A DNA stretch of 43,301 bases from an uncultured Candidatus Saccharibacteria bacterium (GTDB lineage Bacteria; Patescibacteriota; Minisyncoccia; Phycocordibacterales; WO2-35-19), in the NCBI GenBank assembly GCA_964601125.1, contig CAZRKB010000001.1:6371-49671 (forward strand), read 5' to 3'. Below the pieces are notes generated by a model. The model had not been told where the DNA came from. It saw only the letters and a list, made by a program, of their open reading frames with translations, and searched no databases. Shown one piece after another: positions 41,233-43,301 of the stretch; the first letter of the stretch is position 1; each line of letters begins with the position of its first letter. The position numbers and the translations under genes are program-made.

Positions 41233-41754
41233 ATGAACCTATGGCACGAAATTGATCCAGGCGAGAAAACAGAGATGAATGTCATCGTCGAAATAAACAA
41301 AGGGTCCAAAAATAAATACGAGGTTGATAAAAAGACCGGCCTTATCGCCTTAGACAGAGCAATGCACACAGCGCAGGATTTCCCTTTTGACTATGGCTTC
41401 GTGCCTCAAACCCTTTGGCATGACAATGATCCACTCGACGTTATTTTACTTACCACCTTTCCCCTACTCCCCGGAGTTTTAGTGCGAGCAAGGCCAATTG
41501 CAATAATGAACATGATCGACGGCGGTGAAGGAGACGACAAAGTCATAGCTGTCCCCTGCGATGACCCACGTTGGGATAAAGTGAAAGACTTAGGAGACAT
41601 AAACGAGCACACTCTAAAAGAAATGGAGCATTTTTACTCTACCTACAAAAAACTCCAGAATAAGGTGGTTGAAATAACGGGTTTCAAGGGTCGCGAGGAA
41701 GCAGAGAGGGCTTTTGAAGAGTCTCTTGATATCTACAAAAAGAAATTTAAATAG
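41233..41754 (+). CDS. ppa: inorganic pyrophosphatase (family I)
   Basis: 173 aa; DPLDVILL and DGGEGDDKVIAV motifs. Confidence 0.93.
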   Translation: MNLWHEIDPGEKTEMNVIVEINKGSKNKYEVDKKTGLIALDRAMHTAQDFPFDYGFVPQTLWHDNDPLDVILLTTFPLLPGVLVRARPIAIMNMIDGGEGDDKVIAVPCDDPRWDKVKDLGDINEHTLKEMEHFYSTYKKLQNKVVEITGFKGREEAERAFEESLDIYKKKFK

Positions 41755-41761
41755 GTCTTAT

Positions 41762-41848
41762 GCCTCTCTTAATAATAACCTGTCTCGACGACCCGCTTCG
41801 CCAGAGCTCCAGCGAGGCGAGCAAGGCGGAGAGGGGTTAGGGGTGATT
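41762..41848 (+). repeat. family 1 element, copy H, composite with a nested GC-rich segment
   Basis: Right arm plus tail GGAGAGGGGTTAGGGGTGA at 41828-41846; candidate left arm CCTCTC at 41763; ~60 nt between them holds the hairpin GCTTCGCC...GGCGAGC. Confidence 0.6.
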
Positions 41849-41928
41849 ATCCCCTTTAAAAAAGATTTAAACCGTACTACAATGGTAATTATTACCAATA
41901 CGGTTTATTTATTATTTAAATATAAAAA

Positions 41929-42708
41929 ATGAAAAATAAGTTGTTTTTAGGAACATGTATTTTGAGTTTCGCCCTTTTGCCCTTGGTTTCAAGCGCTGAA
42001 GAATTAAACGTGGGCACGGACTCTAGCATAAAAGTCCAGGCCGCTGGAGTAAATGCAGAAATTAGAGCCAAAGCTCAGGCCGATTTTGAGGCCCGAAAAA
42101 TGGAGCTTGAGCAAAAAAGAGAGGATCTCAAGATGGAAATGGAAAAAAGACGCGAGGAGTTAAAAACCCAGATGGAAGAGAGGAAGGATGAAATGGAGCA
42201 AAAAAGAGAAACTGTGAAAGACCAGGTGGAAGCCCAGAGGGAAGAAATTAGAAATCAAATGGAAGAAAGACGTGAGGGCGCAATCGGAGTAATAAAAGAA
42301 AGGTTAAGCAAATTTACAGAAAATCTAGTCAAAAGATTTGATGCGGCCATAGAAAGACTTGAGGTTCTAGCAGACAGGATAGATTCTAGAATTTCCAAAA
42401 TGGAGGCCGAAAATCTTGACGTAACTGATGCTAAAGAGTTAATGGTTGTGGCCAGGATAAAACTTGAGACAGCCAAAACAAGTGCGGCAGGAATTGACCT
42501 AGAATCAGTGCTTGTGGCTTCGAGCACAGCCACAACCACGGCAACAATAAAAGCTGACTTCGATAGCCTAAGAACTCAGATAGAAAAGGCTAAATCAGAC
42601 ATCAAAGCAGCTCATGCTGCCTTGGTAGATGTAATAAAAAACTTGAAGCCGGGCCAAAGGAAGCAACCGACCGCCACATCAACCGCCACAACAACTGATA
42701 GCAATTAA
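41929..42708 (+). CDS. secreted coiled-coil protein with E/K/R-rich internal repeats
   Basis: Signal peptide MKNKLFLGTCILSFALLPLVSSA; repeated ...E.KRE.L/MEE.R... units; T-rich C-terminus. Confidence 0.55.
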   Translation: MKNKLFLGTCILSFALLPLVSSAEELNVGTDSSIKVQAAGVNAEIRAKAQADFEARKMELEQKREDLKMEMEKRREELKTQMEERKDEMEQKRETVKDQVEAQREEIRNQMEERREGAIGVIKERLSKFTENLVKRFDAAIERLEVLADRIDSRISKMEAENLDVTDAKELMVVARIKLETAKTSAAGIDLESVLVASSTATTTATIKADFDSLRTQIEKAKSDIKAAHAALVDVIKNLKPGQRKQPTATSTATTTDSN

Positions 42709-42730
42709 TTTAACAATTAACTAAAAATAG

Positions 42731-43048
42731 ATGGATACAATCAACCCAAACCAGATGCCAGCATTCCAAGGACAGGTAGAAAAAAAATCTTCGGGCCCTC
42801 TTATAGCTGTCATCATAATACTTGCCCTCATAGTAGTCGGTGGCCTATATTTCCTAAAGGAAAGATCGGAACAAAACTCTTACGTACCCCAAAATGTAGA
42901 GGAAGATACGATCACTGAATCATTGATGCAACAGAGCGCTTCTGATGATTTAGATTCAATCGAGGCTGACCTCAATGCCACCAACCTCGACAACCTCGAC
43001 CAAGGCGCCACTGCTATACAAGCTGAAATACAAGCTTCAAGTCAGTAA
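42731..43048 (+). CDS. hypothetical membrane-anchored acidic protein
   Basis: 105 aa; one TM helix (PLIAVIIILALIVVGGLYF). Confidence 0.5.
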   Translation: MDTINPNQMPAFQGQVEKKSSGPLIAVIIILALIVVGGLYFLKERSEQNSYVPQNVEEDTITESLMQQSASDDLDSIEADLNATNLDNLDQGATAIQAEIQASSQ

Positions 43049-43066
43049 AACTCACATACTACAAAC

Positions 43067-43097
43067 AAAAAACATCGCAAACAGAGCGATGTTTTTT
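43067..43097 (+). terminator. rho-independent terminator
   Basis: ACATCGC-AAACAGA-GCGATGT flanked by an A-tract and a T-tract. Confidence 0.75.
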
Positions 43098-43101
43098 GTT
43101 C

Positions 43102-43132
43102 CCCCCTACATCTAGTAGAGGGCCTAGGGTAG
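43102..43132 (+). repeat. family 1 element, copy I1 (degenerate)
   Basis: CCCCCTA-CATCTAG-TAGAGGG (one mismatch) followed by CCTAGGGTAG. Confidence 0.55.
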
Positions 43133-43136
43133 TATT

Positions 43137-43170
43137 TCCCTCTTTTGTTGTAAGAGAGGGATAGGGTGAG
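43137..43170 (+). repeat. family 1 element, copy I2
   Basis: TCCCTCT-loop-AGAGGGA followed by TAGGGTGAG; tandem with I1, 13 nt upstream of the xth ATG. Confidence 0.7.
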
Positions 43171-43183
43171 TTATTATGTGGTC

Positions 43184-43301
43184 ATGAAAATCATTTCTTG
43201 GAACGTAAACGGCATAAGAGCGGTACATAAAAAGGGTCTTTTTGTGCCATTTATAGAGAAATATAAGCCAGATATTATTTGCCTCCAAGAAACAAAAGCG
43301 G
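43184..43301 (+). CDS. xth: exodeoxyribonuclease III (5' part, runs off the window)
   Basis: Hand translation [39 protein letters not shown] matches the Xth/APE1 N-terminus. Confidence 0.85.
   Translation, partial: MKIISWNVNGIRAVHKKGLFVPFIEKYKPDIICLQETKA

Noticed and set aside
10498-43170. Possibility that the recurring hairpin repeats form a CRISPR array
   Set aside because: The copies are kilobases apart, irregularly spaced and in both orientations. Each is internally palindromic with a conserved tail, there is no spacer-repeat periodicity, and no cas genes are present.
1-43301. Alternative genetic code (UGA recoding as in some candidate phyla)
   Set aside because: Conserved proteins terminate sensibly at TGA (for example rplK), TAA and TAG. 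No conserved gene needs read-through, so the standard code 11 fits.

Overview
AT-rich, gene-dense bacterial fragment. Small r-proteins with basic tails, pilM/comF, many anchored hypotheticals and no Shine-Dalgarno motifs suggest a Patescibacteria/CPR (Parcubacteria-like) genome; that assignment is inference only. Contents: three separate pieces of the ribosomal-protein/translation clusters (rpsS..rplE; secE-nusG-rplK; tuf-rpsJ-rplCDWB plus rplS), argS, a thymidylate/folate cluster (HD nucleotidase, glyA, thyA, two HIT genes, dCMP deaminase, cytidylyltransferase, folA, with folD nearby), a csoR-copA copper operon, a GAF-PAS histidine kinase with a CheY-like regulator, hicBA, a class III-like Fic, tRNA-His and tRNA-Leu, a 1037-aa membrane/coiled-coil protein, nusA, ppa and the start of xth. 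Most notable: (1) about 11 copies of a ~35-45 nt hairpin plus G-rich-tail element, usually at gene ends but also in frame inside folD, argS and the rplS tail, like Rickettsia palindromic elements; (2) further small repeat families, including an AT-rich ACGAA-box element and GC-rich hairpin inserts, one of which appears to have rebuilt the rplK 3' end with an 11-bp duplication; (3) the normally contiguous S10-spc cluster is split between rplB and rpsS by ~25 kb; (4) many first genes have a -10 box 6-9 nt from the ATG (leaderless design), whereas two G+C-richer cassettes carry classic SD sites. No CRISPR array, integrase or recognisable defence system was seen.
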